A DNA stretch of 64,000 nucleotides from an uncultured Chloroflexia bacterium (GTDB lineage Bacteria; Chloroflexota; Limnocylindria; Limnocylindrales; CSP1-4), in assembly GCA_963736895.1 (NCBI GenBank), contig CAVTQU010000008.1, forward strand, positions 324,345 to 388,344. The letters are read 5' to 3'. The position numbers were made by a program, and so were the translations under genes. Below, one piece after another: positions 41,094 to 51,156 of this stretch. How positions within the stretch are numbered: position 1 is the first letter of the stretch; every line of letters begins with the position of its first letter. The notes beneath the pieces are model-generated. The model had not been told where the DNA came from, did no database searches, and worked only from the letters and a program-made list of their open reading frames with translations.

Positions 41094-41121
41094 CGGCGCC
41101 TCCTTCCGAGGTCGACAATAC

Positions 41122-41135
41122 CGAACGCCTGTTCG
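41122..41135. promoter_or_regulatory. SOS box (LexA operator) upstream of lexA
   Basis: CGAACGCCTGTTCG is a perfect GAAC-N4-GTTC palindrome, about 30 nt upstream of the lexA TTG start. Confidence 0.8.
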
Positions 41136-41173
41136 ATTGTCAAGGCGCGCGGGTCGATCCGGAAGGACGCGAG

Positions 41174-41624
41174 CTACATGGGGCGGCGAACCAATCGAGA
41201 GCTGGTGGTTAGGCGGCGGTGGGTGTGTCGCGTTCGTCGCGAAACGTGCCGGAAACCGACGCCGGAACCGACCAGGAGAACGATCGCTGCGACCATCGGG
41301 AATACGCCGAGGACGATCACGTTCATCGCGGTCACCTGGGTCGGCGTTCACGAAGAGCATCGCGGTCAGGTAGAGGCTCGACAGGAACATCGCGAGCCCG
41401 GCAACCATGACGCCGGCCATCGCCGCACGCATGCCCTGCATGCCGCGCCAGGCGAGAACCGCCGTGGCCACTGCGACGAGCAGCATGACCAGGGAAACGC
41501 CGCCGGAGACGACCCATACCCACGACCAGGCCACGACTGAACCGACTACGCCAGCCCATACGAGGCTGCGCCACGCTGTTACGCGGCTAGCCGCGGTGGT
41601 GCTGTTTGCGCTACTGGTGGTCAT
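41174..41624 (-). pseudogene. small polytopic membrane protein (hypothetical), possible frame change
   Basis: MTTSSANS..WAGVVGSVVAWSWVWVV..LVMLLVAVATAVLAW..VMVAGLAMFLSSLYLTAMLF, then near 41340 another frame gives MNVIVLGVFPMVAAIVLLVGSGVGF.. ending at TAG 41174. Confidence 0.4.
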
Positions 41625-41777
41625 TCAAATCCCTCCGTTGGGCACTCATCAGGTGGTGCCTTTGGAGGTTGAGGGTCGGCGTGACGACCGACACGATCTA
41701 TTGACAGCAGGTCCCGTGCGGAATGCACCCTTAGTGCTAGTAAGTTCCGATTCGGTGCGGCAACCTATTCAGGAGCC

Positions 41778-42236
41778 ATGCAGCACGACGCACCGGCCGA
41801 TTCGCTCAATCGAACCGCTTTCCAGGCGACGACACACTGCCTGACCGGCTGCGCCATCGGCGAGATCCTGGGTCTCGTCATCGCGACTGCGCTCGGCTTG
41901 CACGACGTGCCATCGATCGTGCTGGCGATCGTTCTGGCCTTCGTCTTCGGCTACGCGCTGACCATCGGTCCACTCGTTCGGGGTGGGCTGGCGTTCGGCG
42001 CAGCCCTCCGCTTGGCCCTGATCGGCGACACGGTCTCCATCGTGGTCATGGAGATCACCGATAACGCAGTTGTTCTCGCGATCCCCGGTGCGATGAGCGC
42101 CGGTCTGGTCGACCTGCTGTTCTGGGGAAGCCTCGCCCTATCGCTCGTAATCGCGTTCGCGGTTGCGTTCCCGGTGAACCGTTGGCTGATCGCACGTGGC
42201 CTGGGTCACGCCGCCGTTCACGGCCATCACGACTAG
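41778..42236 (+). CDS. DUF4396 membrane protein
   Basis: ATTHCLTGCAIGEILGLVIA.. and ..DTVSIVVMEITDNAV.. are typical of DUF4396. Confidence 0.7.
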   Translation: MQHDAPADSLNRTAFQATTHCLTGCAIGEILGLVIATALGLHDVPSIVLAIVLAFVFGYALTIGPLVRGGLAFGAALRLALIGDTVSIVVMEITDNAVVLAIPGAMSAGLVDLLFWGSLALSLVIAFAVAFPVNRWLIARGLGHAAVHGHHD

Positions 42237-42255
42237 CTCGGCTGCTGCACCTGTT

Positions 42256-42930
42256 TCAGACGATGCGGACCCACGTGGTGCCGCCCTTGCACAGCCAGAG
42301 GCGCTTCGACTTGTCCAGGAAGATGTCGCCGGCGTCACCGGAGGCTGGATGTGTCGCGGCAGTCGCGGGATCCAGCTTGAGCTGGGCCTTCTTGCCCGCG
42401 AAACGCCCGCCACGGCCGTTATCGGATTGACCATACACGCCCGATCCCGTACCGTGCGCAACGCCTGACGTCCCATTCCCGGCGGCGAGGCCCTCACCGA
42501 ACACGGCGGGCCCAGTGCCGTTCGTGATCCCGTACACGGCTGCATAGCCGTTAGTCGCGTTTGTGTTCTCACCCTTCACTGAAGGGCCTGTTACGTCCAG
42601 CACCTTCTTTCCATGGACGCTGGGCTGGCCGTCGCCGTTGGACACGGCAAATGCGCCTGTTCCGTTGATGCTGAAGGCCTCGATGCCCTCGCCGGTATTC
42701 GACGAACCGTAGAGGCCGCTCCCGCTGCCGAGGTTATTCCCCTGCAGCGTGCTGTTCGCGCTGCTGGAGGAAATGCTCGTATGGGCGGCTCCCGCGAGGT
42801 TGCCTTCGCCCATCATCACAGCGCCGCCCGCTCGCGCCGGTTTCGGGCTCAACATCGAACTGCCGGCCGCCAGTGCTACGCCGCCAACGACCACTGCCGC
42901 CGACTTGTGCAGCAGTCCGCGTCGTGACAT
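42256..42930 (-). CDS. TAT-signal secreted Gly/Ser/Asn-rich repeat protein (unknown function)
   Basis: MSRRGLLHKSAAVVVGGVALAAGS..ARA (twin-arginine signal). About 5 degenerate G-x-G-(V/L/A)-(Y/F)-G repeats. C-terminal end is ..AQLKLDPATAATHPASGDAGDIFLDKSKRLWLCKGGTTWVRIV. The ORF is open upstream to 43149. Confidence 0.55.
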   Translation of the reverse strand: MSRRGLLHKSAAVVVGGVALAAGSSMLSPKPARAGGAVMMGEGNLAGAAHTSISSSSANSTLQGNNLGSGSGLYGSSNTGEGIEAFSINGTGAFAVSNGDGQPSVHGKKVLDVTGPSVKGENTNATNGYAAVYGITNGTGPAVFGEGLAAGNGTSGVAHGTGSGVYGQSDNGRGGRFAGKKAQLKLDPATAATHPASGDAGDIFLDKSKRLWLCKGGTTWVRIV

Positions 42931-43222
42931 TGAACTGTGGTCTTTCGCCGTCGGCTCGTCGTCAGCCGGACGACCTGGAATGGTCGAACAGCTCAGGAGC
43001 GCCGCGCGCAGCTCCTGATTTTGGAGCTCGACTGCCTCGAGCCTGCGCCGCCAATTCCTCGAGGCGTGTGAGCAGAGCGTCGGTGCCTGGTGCGGCGTCG
43101 CGCATGGACGTGTCGGTCGGCTGGAACATCGGACCCTCCGGCGCGCCACCGTCCCACCGCGGTGTTGGGCGGGCTCGCCAGTGGCGGGTCAACGCTCAAT
43201 GCGTCGGCGGACTGTACACCGT

Positions 43223-44622
43223 CTAGTTCGTGAAAACTGCCCCATCCAGCTTGACGTTGCCGCTCACGACCTTGACCTGCAGAACGTGCGTGCCACCAGT
43301 TGAGAGGCCGGTAAACGTCGCGACCAGACGCCGCGGACCGGTTGGCAGGAAACTGCCCTGGTCAACGGTCAGGCAGCTCTCGTCAACCGTCCCGGGTCGA
43401 TGCAGATCTGCGCCGTGCCCAGGCCCGGTTCGACAGGCATTACGACCGCGGCGCCGTTTCCCTCGAAGTGAGCGCTGGCCCGGGCGCCGACCACGGAGCT
43501 ATTCGCGGTCTTGCCCCTCATCGCGCCCGCCGTGGAGTTGATCGACCAGCTGGTGCCCAGCGAGAAATGGCGCTCCTGACGTCGCCAGCCGTTGATGGTG
43601 TTGCTGAGCGCCCAGGCACCCCAGTTGCCGGCCTCATCGCGCGTGCGGACCCTGAACTGGAACGTGCGCCAGAACGGCAGGTCCCCCGTTACTGCCGGAA
43701 TGCCGGTGACAGTGCCGAAGCCTGACCACGATCCCCACGCGCCATTGAGCCAGCGGCGCACCTGGACCTTGTGGTGCAGTGCCGCGTCTGCGGTTACATC
43801 GTCGCTGGCGGTCCAATTGATCAGCACCGGATAGCTGTTGATCTGTCCGCCCTGGCGAAGGGTGACGTTGACGTTGGATGTCGTGGGATCAGTCGCGTCA
43901 TCAACCACAACCGTGAGGATGTTTGTGGCCGACACGAAGCGGAACGTGACCAGGGCGTTGTTCACGGGGACGGTGAATGGAATGTCGCCGCCGCCGGCGC
44001 CGCCCAGTCCGTAGTACTCGTCCCAGGTCTCATTGATCGTCGCCTTGACGTCATAGTTGCCGACCGGAAGCGCCGTGGTCGAGCGCGTGTACGTACCGTC
44101 TCCGTCGGAATCCTCCAACCACGAGCGCAGGCAATCGGGCTGCCAGTCTCCAGGGCAACCCAGATCGGACTGGAAGCTTCCGGGAGCCGTCACGATGCGG
44201 CTGTTGTGGTTGCTGGTCACCCAGTGGCTATTCGGGTCGTAATAGAACTTCACGATGGTGCTGGCACCGAGATTGAGCGAGATTTGCGGGCCGTTGGCGA
44301 CAGCCCCCGCGCCGTAGTTCTCGTCAAAGGAGTTGTCGATGGCCGCCTTGTACGACCAGCTGCCGGCGGGAATCGTCCACGTGCCCTGCCAGACATCGTC
44401 GGCGGCGTCGTAGGTGAGGTGAGTCGTGGCGCAGTCTGGCTGCAAATCACCGGTGCAGCCGAGCTCCGACTGGAAGTCGCTGACGATGGTCACAGACGTT
44501 GGTGCTGCCGCCAGCGCAGCTGGAATCATCCCCGGGAAGATGGACGAAGCGCCTATCCCGACCGAGTAGATCGCGACGAGGAGAGTCGCGGCAGCGCCAA
44601 GCGGTCGGTTGATGCGGTTCAA
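43223..44622 (-). pseudogene. secreted protein with two tandem carbohydrate-binding-like repeats, one frame change near the 3' end
   Basis: AGGAGG plus TTG 44622, with a signal peptide. There are two copies of an SDFQSELGC.GD.QPDC .. W.Y/VKA.IN.. module. ORF 43369..44667 shifts near 43385 into ..TVDESCLTVDQGSFLPTGPRRLVATFTGLSTGGTHVLQVKVVSGNVKLDGAVFTN* (TAG 43223). Confidence 0.55.
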
Positions 44623-44632
44623 GGTTGGCCTC

Positions 44633-45872
44633 CTAGCCTTCGTCGTAGGTACGCGGCTCCGGACCAACCTCCATACGGCTGATGCGTGCTTCGAGCATAG
44701 CCACCCGCTGGTCGAGCGTGAGCGTCACGTCTTCAGTGAGGGTGTGCTGGCCCGAATCGGGCTTGAACCGGCTGTCGACGAACGTCTGCAGCCAGTTGCG
44801 GAGGGGCGTGAACATGCCCGCCAGGACGAGCGTGGCAAAGACGATTGCCACGTCGGACGTGTCGCCTGTCACCGCCACGAACAGGCGCTGGAAGAGCGCG
44901 ACGCCGGCCGCGTACAGGCCGCCGAGGATGCCCGTCAGCGGGATGTAGACGAAGGCCCGCTTGAGGATGAGGTCGATGTCGTACAGGCGGTGGCGAAGAA
45001 CGGCGACCGCGGCCGCGATCGGCAGGAAGCAGCCGGCGACGAGGGCAATGGTCAGCAGGAGCTGGCCTACGGCGTAGTCGATCGGCAGCGCGTAGCGGGC
45101 GATGACGAACGGGATGCCGCCCGCGGCAAGCACGATGACCGCTGCGGCGATCCAGCGCAGCTGCGCGCGCTCGACGCTGTTGGAGCGCCGGTAGCGCAGG
45201 ACCATCGAGATCGTGGCCAGGATCGTGCCCGTGATCATCACGGCGAGGCCGACCAGCGTCAGCAGGTCCAGCACTGGCTTGTAGGCAATCGGCACGGCGA
45301 ACGGATTGGGCAGGGACGGGTACCAGGCGAGCCCCTCCGGCTGTAGGCCGATCCCGATCGCGACGCCCAGCGCGCCGAAGAACGTCAGCCAGCCTGCCCA
45401 TCGCCAGCGTGGCGTCAGCGGCCGTCCCGTGGGGAAGCGCAGGAAAACGATCGTGGTGAGCACGACGATCGACAGCAGGTGGATCGACGACACGACCCAC
45501 GCCGCATACAGGAGGAACGGGTTCATCGGCCGGACTGACCTGGTGCGCCTCCTGGATCAGGAAGGTCACCGTCAGCTGCAGCCCCATCGTCAGGCCCAGG
45601 ATCATGAAGATCCAGCCGAGCACGTTCCGCGGCAGTCGAGTGGCCAGCAGCCAGCCCATCGCGGCGTACGAGATCGCGTAGAACATCTCGGCAATGAAGA
45701 CGGTCTGGCCGCGAATGAAGCTGACTGGCGGCGGCAGGAAGCGCTGACCCGCCCACAGGATGACGTCGAGGACGACCGAGACGACCGTTGCCACGAGCAG
45801 CGCCGTCGCCACCCAGAACGGCCAGTTCACCGTCCACAGCCGGACGGGAACGATCAGCGGGCGAGCCCTCAT
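44633..45872 (-). pseudogene. polytopic membrane protein resembling the sensor half of actinobacterial-type histidine kinases but lacking any kinase domain, one frame change
   Basis: ORF 44733..45872 (N-terminus) joins ORF 44633..45526 near 45530. Motifs are VLRYRRSNSVERAQLRW, VLRHRLYDIDLILKRAFVY and PLRNWLQTFVDSRF, followed by a short coiled coil and a stop. The ATG overlaps the SBP stop (ATGA). Confidence 0.5.
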
Positions 45873-47204
45873 GGCCGAACCGTGGTCTGGTTGCTCCCCG
45901 AATCGCGCTGCACTTGGTCGAGTGATTGCAGGATCGAGTCGAGCTGCGACTGATCGCGCACGAAATCGACCACTCCCTGCAGGAAGGCACCGTTCATCTG
46001 TTCGGGCATCAGGTCGGACGCGTCGAACCTGAACCGTTCGGCGCTGGTGAGAATCTGCGCCGCGCGGCTGGAAATGTCATCCGGGTAGGCGGTGACGCGG
46101 GTGTTCACCGAGAGCGCCCCGCCATGGCTCACCCAGATCGATTGGGCCTCAGGGGTCAGCAGGTACGTCATCAGGGCGCGTGACTGTGGCGTGTCGTTGA
46201 ACATGCCGAACAGGTCGCCCGCGCCGGTGACGGAGTTGGCGTACCGCTCGTCCAGAACCGGGAAGGGGAAGAAGTCGTACTCGCCCTTTCGCGCCGCCGC
46301 GTTGCTCTCGAAGAACGAGGTCATGAACGTCGCCTGGTGATGGAAGATGCATTGCGGGGGATTGCTGAAAAGGCCGTTGCCGCCGTCCTGGAAGTCCGTG
46401 CCGATGAAGCCGGCCGGGCCGCCGTACGCGTCGTTGACGACCGCGCCGAAGAACTCGAACGCGCTCTTGATCTCCGGTGAGGTCCACGGAATGCGGCCCG
46501 CTACCCAGTCGTCGTAGACGTCCGGGCCGCTCTGGCGCAGCACGATGTCCTCGATCCAGTCGGTGCCCGGCCAGCCCGGTGGTCGCGTCGGAACCGAGGG
46601 AGAGGCACCAGGTCTTGGCGTCGTCGCGGCGCGCGAGGTTGGCAGAGCGCTCCAGGTCGGGCCAGGTGGCCGGGTCGTCGAGCGTGTAGACGCTGGGGTT
46701 GTACCAAACGAGGCCCTTGAGAGTGGCCTTGATGAACACGCCCACGAGGTGGCCGTCGACTGTGCCCAGGTCGATGAACGTGGGCACGGTGTCGGCCTTG
46801 TATTGCGACACGTCGATCGTCGTCGACAGATCCTTGAGCGAGCCGTGCCTGGCGAATTCGGCCATCTGGCCGGGGCCCGGAAGCCCCGCGACATCAGGCG
46901 GATGACCCTTGGCTACGCCCTCCCAGAGGAGCCCGTTCAGGTCGCGCGTGCCCGTGTAGTCGACGGTGATGCCGGTGTCCTGCTCGAAGGGCCGGACCAT
47001 GGCCAGGAAGGCTTGCTCCTCGCTGCCACTCCACGACCCGACCACCTTGACGGTGCCACCGATCGGGCCGGAGGGCGCGGTCTGACAACCCAAAAGGACG
47101 CCAACGAGCGCCAGGGTTGCGAACACGGATGTGACGGATGTGACGGATCTACGAGGTGACACTTCTACCAATGACAGTCTGACCGTTTTCGCGTCCCTCC
47201 CCAT
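45869..47204 (-). pseudogene. extracellular solute-binding lipoprotein (sugar ABC-type SBP family), one frame change
   Basis: Lipobox LVGVLLGC. ..VKVVGSWSGSEEQAFLAMV..DVAGLPGPGQM.. (46149..47525 frame) joins ..PGTDWIEDIVLRQ..GGNGLF..DASDLMP.. (45869..46894 frame) near 46590. The start is ATG 47204 or GTG 47162. Confidence 0.7.
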
Positions 47205-47364
47205 GGGGTCGCGTACGCGGCTGAGGCGAGACGATACCTCACCGCGCGGCCAACTGACTGCAACAAGAACAGAAAATTCGGCCGCGAGTCGCGATCCCGA
47301 AGGACCACGCTCGCGGCCGAGTGGTTCCGTGCTTCCCGGGCTTTCGCCCAGGAGCGTCAGGCCA

Positions 47365-48046
47365 TTAGGCCGGCTGCATTGCCGGTCGTAGAACCGGAAC
47401 CTTGACAGTCTCTGGGCGGACAGCCCACACGAGACCGAGGCCTGCAAAGATGAAGGTGAACCCGATTCCCGCGAACAGTGCCGCGAGCCCGAGGCCCATC
47501 TGGAGTGAAGAGGCGGTTGCCGCACCGACGCCCAGCTGACCGATCAGCGAGAGCGCGAGTGGCGACCATGCGATCGTTCGCGCCGCGCCCTCGATCGGGT
47601 CTGCCCGATTGAAGTCGGCGTAGTAGCGGCCGTCGACCGGGAAGTCGTACGTGCCTGCGGCGACGACGGTGCCGTCAGCCTTGGTGACGTCCTGCCGGAA
47701 GTGTCACGCTCACGGTTGACGTCAGCGTGTGATACGACACGGTGGCCATCTCGTACATGTACTCGCTGGCCGTGTTGATCGTCGGGTCGTTGGGATTGAG
47801 GTCCGCGTTGTTGACCGGGAAGCCCCAATCGTTGGTGAGCAGCGACATGATCGCTGCCGCCTCGACGGGGTCGCTACCGAGCTGACCCTGCTCGTTGTAG
47901 GTGAGCTTGACGTTCTGCGCGGCGCTGAACGCGTTCAGCGACCTCTGGCCGGCCTGGACCTGGGTGAACGCGTAAACGCCACCGGCGATGAATACGAGTC
48001 CGAACACTGCCAGGACGATTCCTACCTTCTTTAGTCGACCGATCAT
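47365..48046 (-). pseudogene. two-TM membrane protein (hypothetical), one frame change
   Basis: ORF 47675..48046 (N-terminal TM, soluble domain) continues near 47700 in another frame (FRQDVTKADGTVVAAGTYDFPVDGRYYADF..GLGLAALFAGIGFTFIFAGLGLVWAV..*) to TAA 47365. Confidence 0.45.
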
Positions 48047-48332
48047 TGGAGTGATCTCCTTTCTGCTGCCTGTCTAATGGCCTGAGTGCACTGTCGGCCC
48101 AAGGGGTGGTCGCGGCACATGTGAACGACGGACCGAATAGGCCGTGCCGTTGGACTGAGCTGCGGGGGCCAATCGGCCCCCTCCAGCCGGGACCTTGCAA
48201 CACGAGTTCGGTGGTTTCGGCGCAGCATGCCGAACGGACTAGTGAGCCCGTTACGCGCGGCCCTATCGTCGTCCCGACAGGGCTGACGACGATGTGTTGT
48301 GACTCTTCATCCCTGCAAACGGAGGAGAAGCA

Positions 48333-48887
48333 ATGCGCGTTCTCGTCGTCTATGCAACGCACTACGGCGCCACCAAGGGAATTGGCGAGAAGATCGCTGA
48401 GACCCTCGAACACGCCGATCTCGACGTGGTCCTTCGATCGGCCGACGAAGACTTCACGGGCTTGGTCGAGGAAGACTTCGATGCATTCGTGATCGGCAGC
48501 GCCATCCACGCCGGCGGCTGGATCGGCAGCGGTGTTGACTTCGTCCGGCACAACGTCGACGTGCTGGCGACTCGTCCGACCTGGCTGTTCAGCAGCGGTC
48601 CCGTCGGCGACAAGTCAGTTGGCCAGCCTCAGCCGGATCCGAGGCAGATCGCCGAGTTCCGTCGCTCCCTTGATGTCAAGGGTCACGTCGTCTTCGGCGG
48701 TGCGTTCGATCCCGCGACCGCCGATCTATCGCGAGTCAACTGGCTCGAGCGCCAGTTCGTGACTCACGTCATGCCTGCCGGCGACTACCGGAACTGGGAG
48801 CAGATCGCGGCGTGGTCAAAGGCCATCGCCGAGGAGCTGAGCGCGGTGCCGGTGGCGATGACCAGCACCCGCTTGACGCAGCAATAG
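48333..48887 (+). CDS. flavodoxin-like fold protein (Flavodoxin_5 / HemG-like)
   Basis: MRVLVVYATHYGATKGIGEKIA.., ..FVIGSAIHAGGW... GGAGGAG SD. Confidence 0.7.
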   Translation: MRVLVVYATHYGATKGIGEKIAETLEHADLDVVLRSADEDFTGLVEEDFDAFVIGSAIHAGGWIGSGVDFVRHNVDVLATRPTWLFSSGPVGDKSVGQPQPDPRQIAEFRRSLDVKGHVVFGGAFDPATADLSRVNWLERQFVTHVMPAGDYRNWEQIAAWSKAIAEELSAVPVAMTSTRLTQQ

Positions 48888-48916
48888 GGAAGCAAAGTCA
48901 GCAAAAGGAGCTTGAA

Positions 48917-50026
48917 ATGGCAATCGCTGCACCACAGGAAATCGCGCATCCGCGATCTACGCAGACGATGCGCGCGGCGGTATTCCACGGTCCCGGCGAC
49001 ATCCGCGTGGACGAGGTTGCGCGGCCAAAGCCGGGACCCGGTGAGGCCGTCATCCGCGTCACGCTGACGACGATCTGCGGCACTGACGTGCACATCCTCA
49101 AGGGCGAATATCCGGTCAAGCCCGGGCTGATTGTCGGTCACGAGCCTGTCGGCGTGATCGCCGAGCTCGGCGCCGGCGTCGTGGGCTACGAGATCGGTGA
49201 CCGCGTTCTGGTGGGTGCCATCACGCCATGTGGTCAGTGCCACGCTTGCTTCAGCGGCAAACCGTCGCAGTGCGGGCACGGCACGGGCTACGAGGCGATC
49301 GGTGGCTGGCGCTTCGGCAACACGATCAACGGCGCGCAGGCCGAGTACCTGCTCGTTCCCTACGCGCAGGCCAACCTGGCCAAGATCCCCGAGTCGCTGA
49401 CCGATGAGCAGGTCGTTCTGCTGGCCGACATCGCATCGACCGGCTTCTCAGGAGCTGAGTCCGGCCACATCAAGATCGGTGACACCGTCGTGGTGTTCGC
49501 GCAGGGTCCCATTGGTCTTTGTGCCACCGCTGGCGCAAAGCTCATGGGCGCCGCACGCGTGATCGGCGTCGACGGTGATCCCAACCGGGCGGCCGTCGCG
49601 AAGCGCATGGGCGCTGACATCGTTCTCGATCCCGAAAAGGTCGACGTCGTGGCAGAGGTCAAGCGGCACACGGGAGGGTATGGCGCCGACGTGGCGATCG
49701 AGGCCCTTGGCCTGCAGGTGACGTTCGAGACCGCCCTGCGGTCGATCCGTCCAGGTGGAACTCTTTCCAGTCTGGGCGTGTACTCGGGCAAACTCGAGGT
49801 CCCTTACGAGGCTTTCGCAGCTGGGCTGGGCGATCAGACGATCGTCACCACGCTGTGCCCGGGTGGCAAGGAGCGGATGGGACGCTTGATGCGCATGGTT
49901 GAGGCAGGTCGCTTCGACCCGCTGCCGCTCATCACCCACCACTTCTCGCTGGATGACATCGGCGACGCATATCAGGTCTTCAGCAACCGTCTGGACAACG
50001 TGCTCAAGGTCGCCATCCGACCCTGA
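48917..50026 (+). CDS. Zn-dependent NAD(P) alcohol dehydrogenase (secondary-ADH-like MDR)
   Basis: CGTDVHIL, GHEPVGVIAELG, VFAQGPIGL and ..LCPGGKERMGRLMRMVEAGRFDP.. resemble the Thermoanaerobacter/Clostridium secondary-ADH type. AAGGAG SD precedes ATG 48917. Confidence 0.85.
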   Translation: MAIAAPQEIAHPRSTQTMRAAVFHGPGDIRVDEVARPKPGPGEAVIRVTLTTICGTDVHILKGEYPVKPGLIVGHEPVGVIAELGAGVVGYEIGDRVLVGAITPCGQCHACFSGKPSQCGHGTGYEAIGGWRFGNTINGAQAEYLLVPYAQANLAKIPESLTDEQVVLLADIASTGFSGAESGHIKIGDTVVVFAQGPIGLCATAGAKLMGAARVIGVDGDPNRAAVAKRMGADIVLDPEKVDVVAEVKRHTGGYGADVAIEALGLQVTFETALRSIRPGGTLSSLGVYSGKLEVPYEAFAAGLGDQTIVTTLCPGGKERMGRLMRMVEAGRFDPLPLITHHFSLDDIGDAYQVFSNRLDNVLKVAIRP

Positions 50027-50151
50027 CTGTTTCGGGAGCGGCCGTGCCGGCAAGGACCCGGCACGGCCTCCCGCTGGAGGTCACTTCATCCTGATCGCCC
50101 TGATGTGGGCGCATTGGCCAGGCATTGAGCTGGCCGGAAGTTGAGCTCATC

Positions 50152-50665
50152 ATGAAATCGATCGCGAAACTTGTGCCACTCGCGGTGGCACTGCTTGTCT
50201 TTGCGGTGGTCGTGGCCATCCTGCTCCAGCAGAACGCCGCCCTCGGCTCGTGGCTTCTTGCGGCATTCCTGATGGGTCACGGGCTCGTCCACGTCATGTT
50301 CGTCGGTGCCGCAGCCCGTAACGGCCGGACAGGGAGCGGGAGGGATGGACTATCCGTTCGACGCCGGCAAATCGTGGCTGGTGAACAGCCATGTTCTGGA
50401 GGCGTCGGCTGTTCGGCCATTGGTGGTACGGACTCGTCGCCGTCGTCGTGGTGGGTTACTCGCTGGCGGCGCTGGCCACGGTCGGGATCCTGCGTTCCGA
50501 CAAGCTGGTGGTCGGCTGCTCGTGTCGTTGCGACGACCGCATCGGCTGCTACTGATGGTGGTCAGCCTGTCGCCCGGTCTGGTCTTGGGCATCGCCATCG
50601 ACCTCGTGCTTCTGTGGCTGGCGATCGTCGCTGCCTGGTCACCCGAGCTGGTCGTCGTCGGCTGA
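50152..50665 (+). pseudogene. small multi-TM membrane protein (hypothetical), about 3 frame changes
   Basis: MKSIAKLVPLAVALLVFAVVVAILL..LLAAFLMGHGLVHVMFV, then ..WWYGLVAVVVVGYSLAALATVGIL.. and ..LVLGIAIDLVLLWLAIVAAW.. lie in different frames. Confidence 0.35.
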
Positions 50666-50698
50666 CCTCTTCGACTCCTCCAGAGGCGCTAGCGCTTC

Positions 50699-51156
50699 TC
50701 AGACCGGCTTGGGCTGGCGATACCAGACGATCAAGGCGACCAGGAAGCGCAGCAGCAGCGTGACCTCGTAGGTAACGCACCAGATGCAGACCGCCTGGAT
50801 CACGAACACCTGCAGGTACAGGAAGTAGCCGTCGAAGATCACGCCCACCAGGGACAGGGCGTAGTGCGCCAGCAGGAACCCATAGATGTCGGTCTTCCAC
50901 CACGCGATTGCCAAGGCGAGCAGGACGACCGACAGAACAACTCCGAAGACGGCCACGGGCACGCCACCAATGCGGGCGTACTCGCTCAGCGCGACCTCTT
51001 CGCAGCCCTTGATGACGCCGCACGCCGGCACGCCGCCGGACAGCTCGACGACCGACAGGTAGCCGGCAACCGCGAGCCCCGCGATGTCCAGAGCGGCCAG
51101 GATGATGGCCGGATGAAGCCCGAGCAGCTTTCGCGCCGGGACGCGGCCGTGATCAC
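50699..51156 (-). pseudogene. vitamin K epoxide reductase (VKOR) family protein, one frame change near the 5' end
   Basis: ..ACGVIKGCEEVALSEYARIGGVPVAVFG.. and ..AVCIWCVTYE.. (CxxC). The first TM (LHPAIILAALDIAGLAVAGYL) is in frame but has no start codon. GTG 51156 overlaps the DsbA stop (GTGA) in another frame. Confidence 0.7.

Noticed and set aside
40446-41624. 392-aa membrane-anchored LexA fusion suggested by the ORF track
   Set aside because: A strong SD plus TTG 41093 and an SOS box at 41122-41135 lie inside the ORF. The upstream hydrophobic part is better explained as a separate small membrane-protein gene ending at 41174 in another frame.
47131-47150. Tandem 9-bp duplication GTGACGGAT x2 (encodes SVTSVTSV) in the SBP signal-peptide region
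   Set aside because: It is a single in-frame duplication of a short motif with no array. It is probably a trivial slippage event.
48164-48181. Perfect 7-bp hairpin GGGGGCC-AATC-GGCCCCC in the divergent intergenic region between the two-TM gene and the flavodoxin-like gene
   Set aside because: There is no U-tract on either strand, and it lies upstream of both genes, so it is not a terminator. I have no second copy or other evidence for function.
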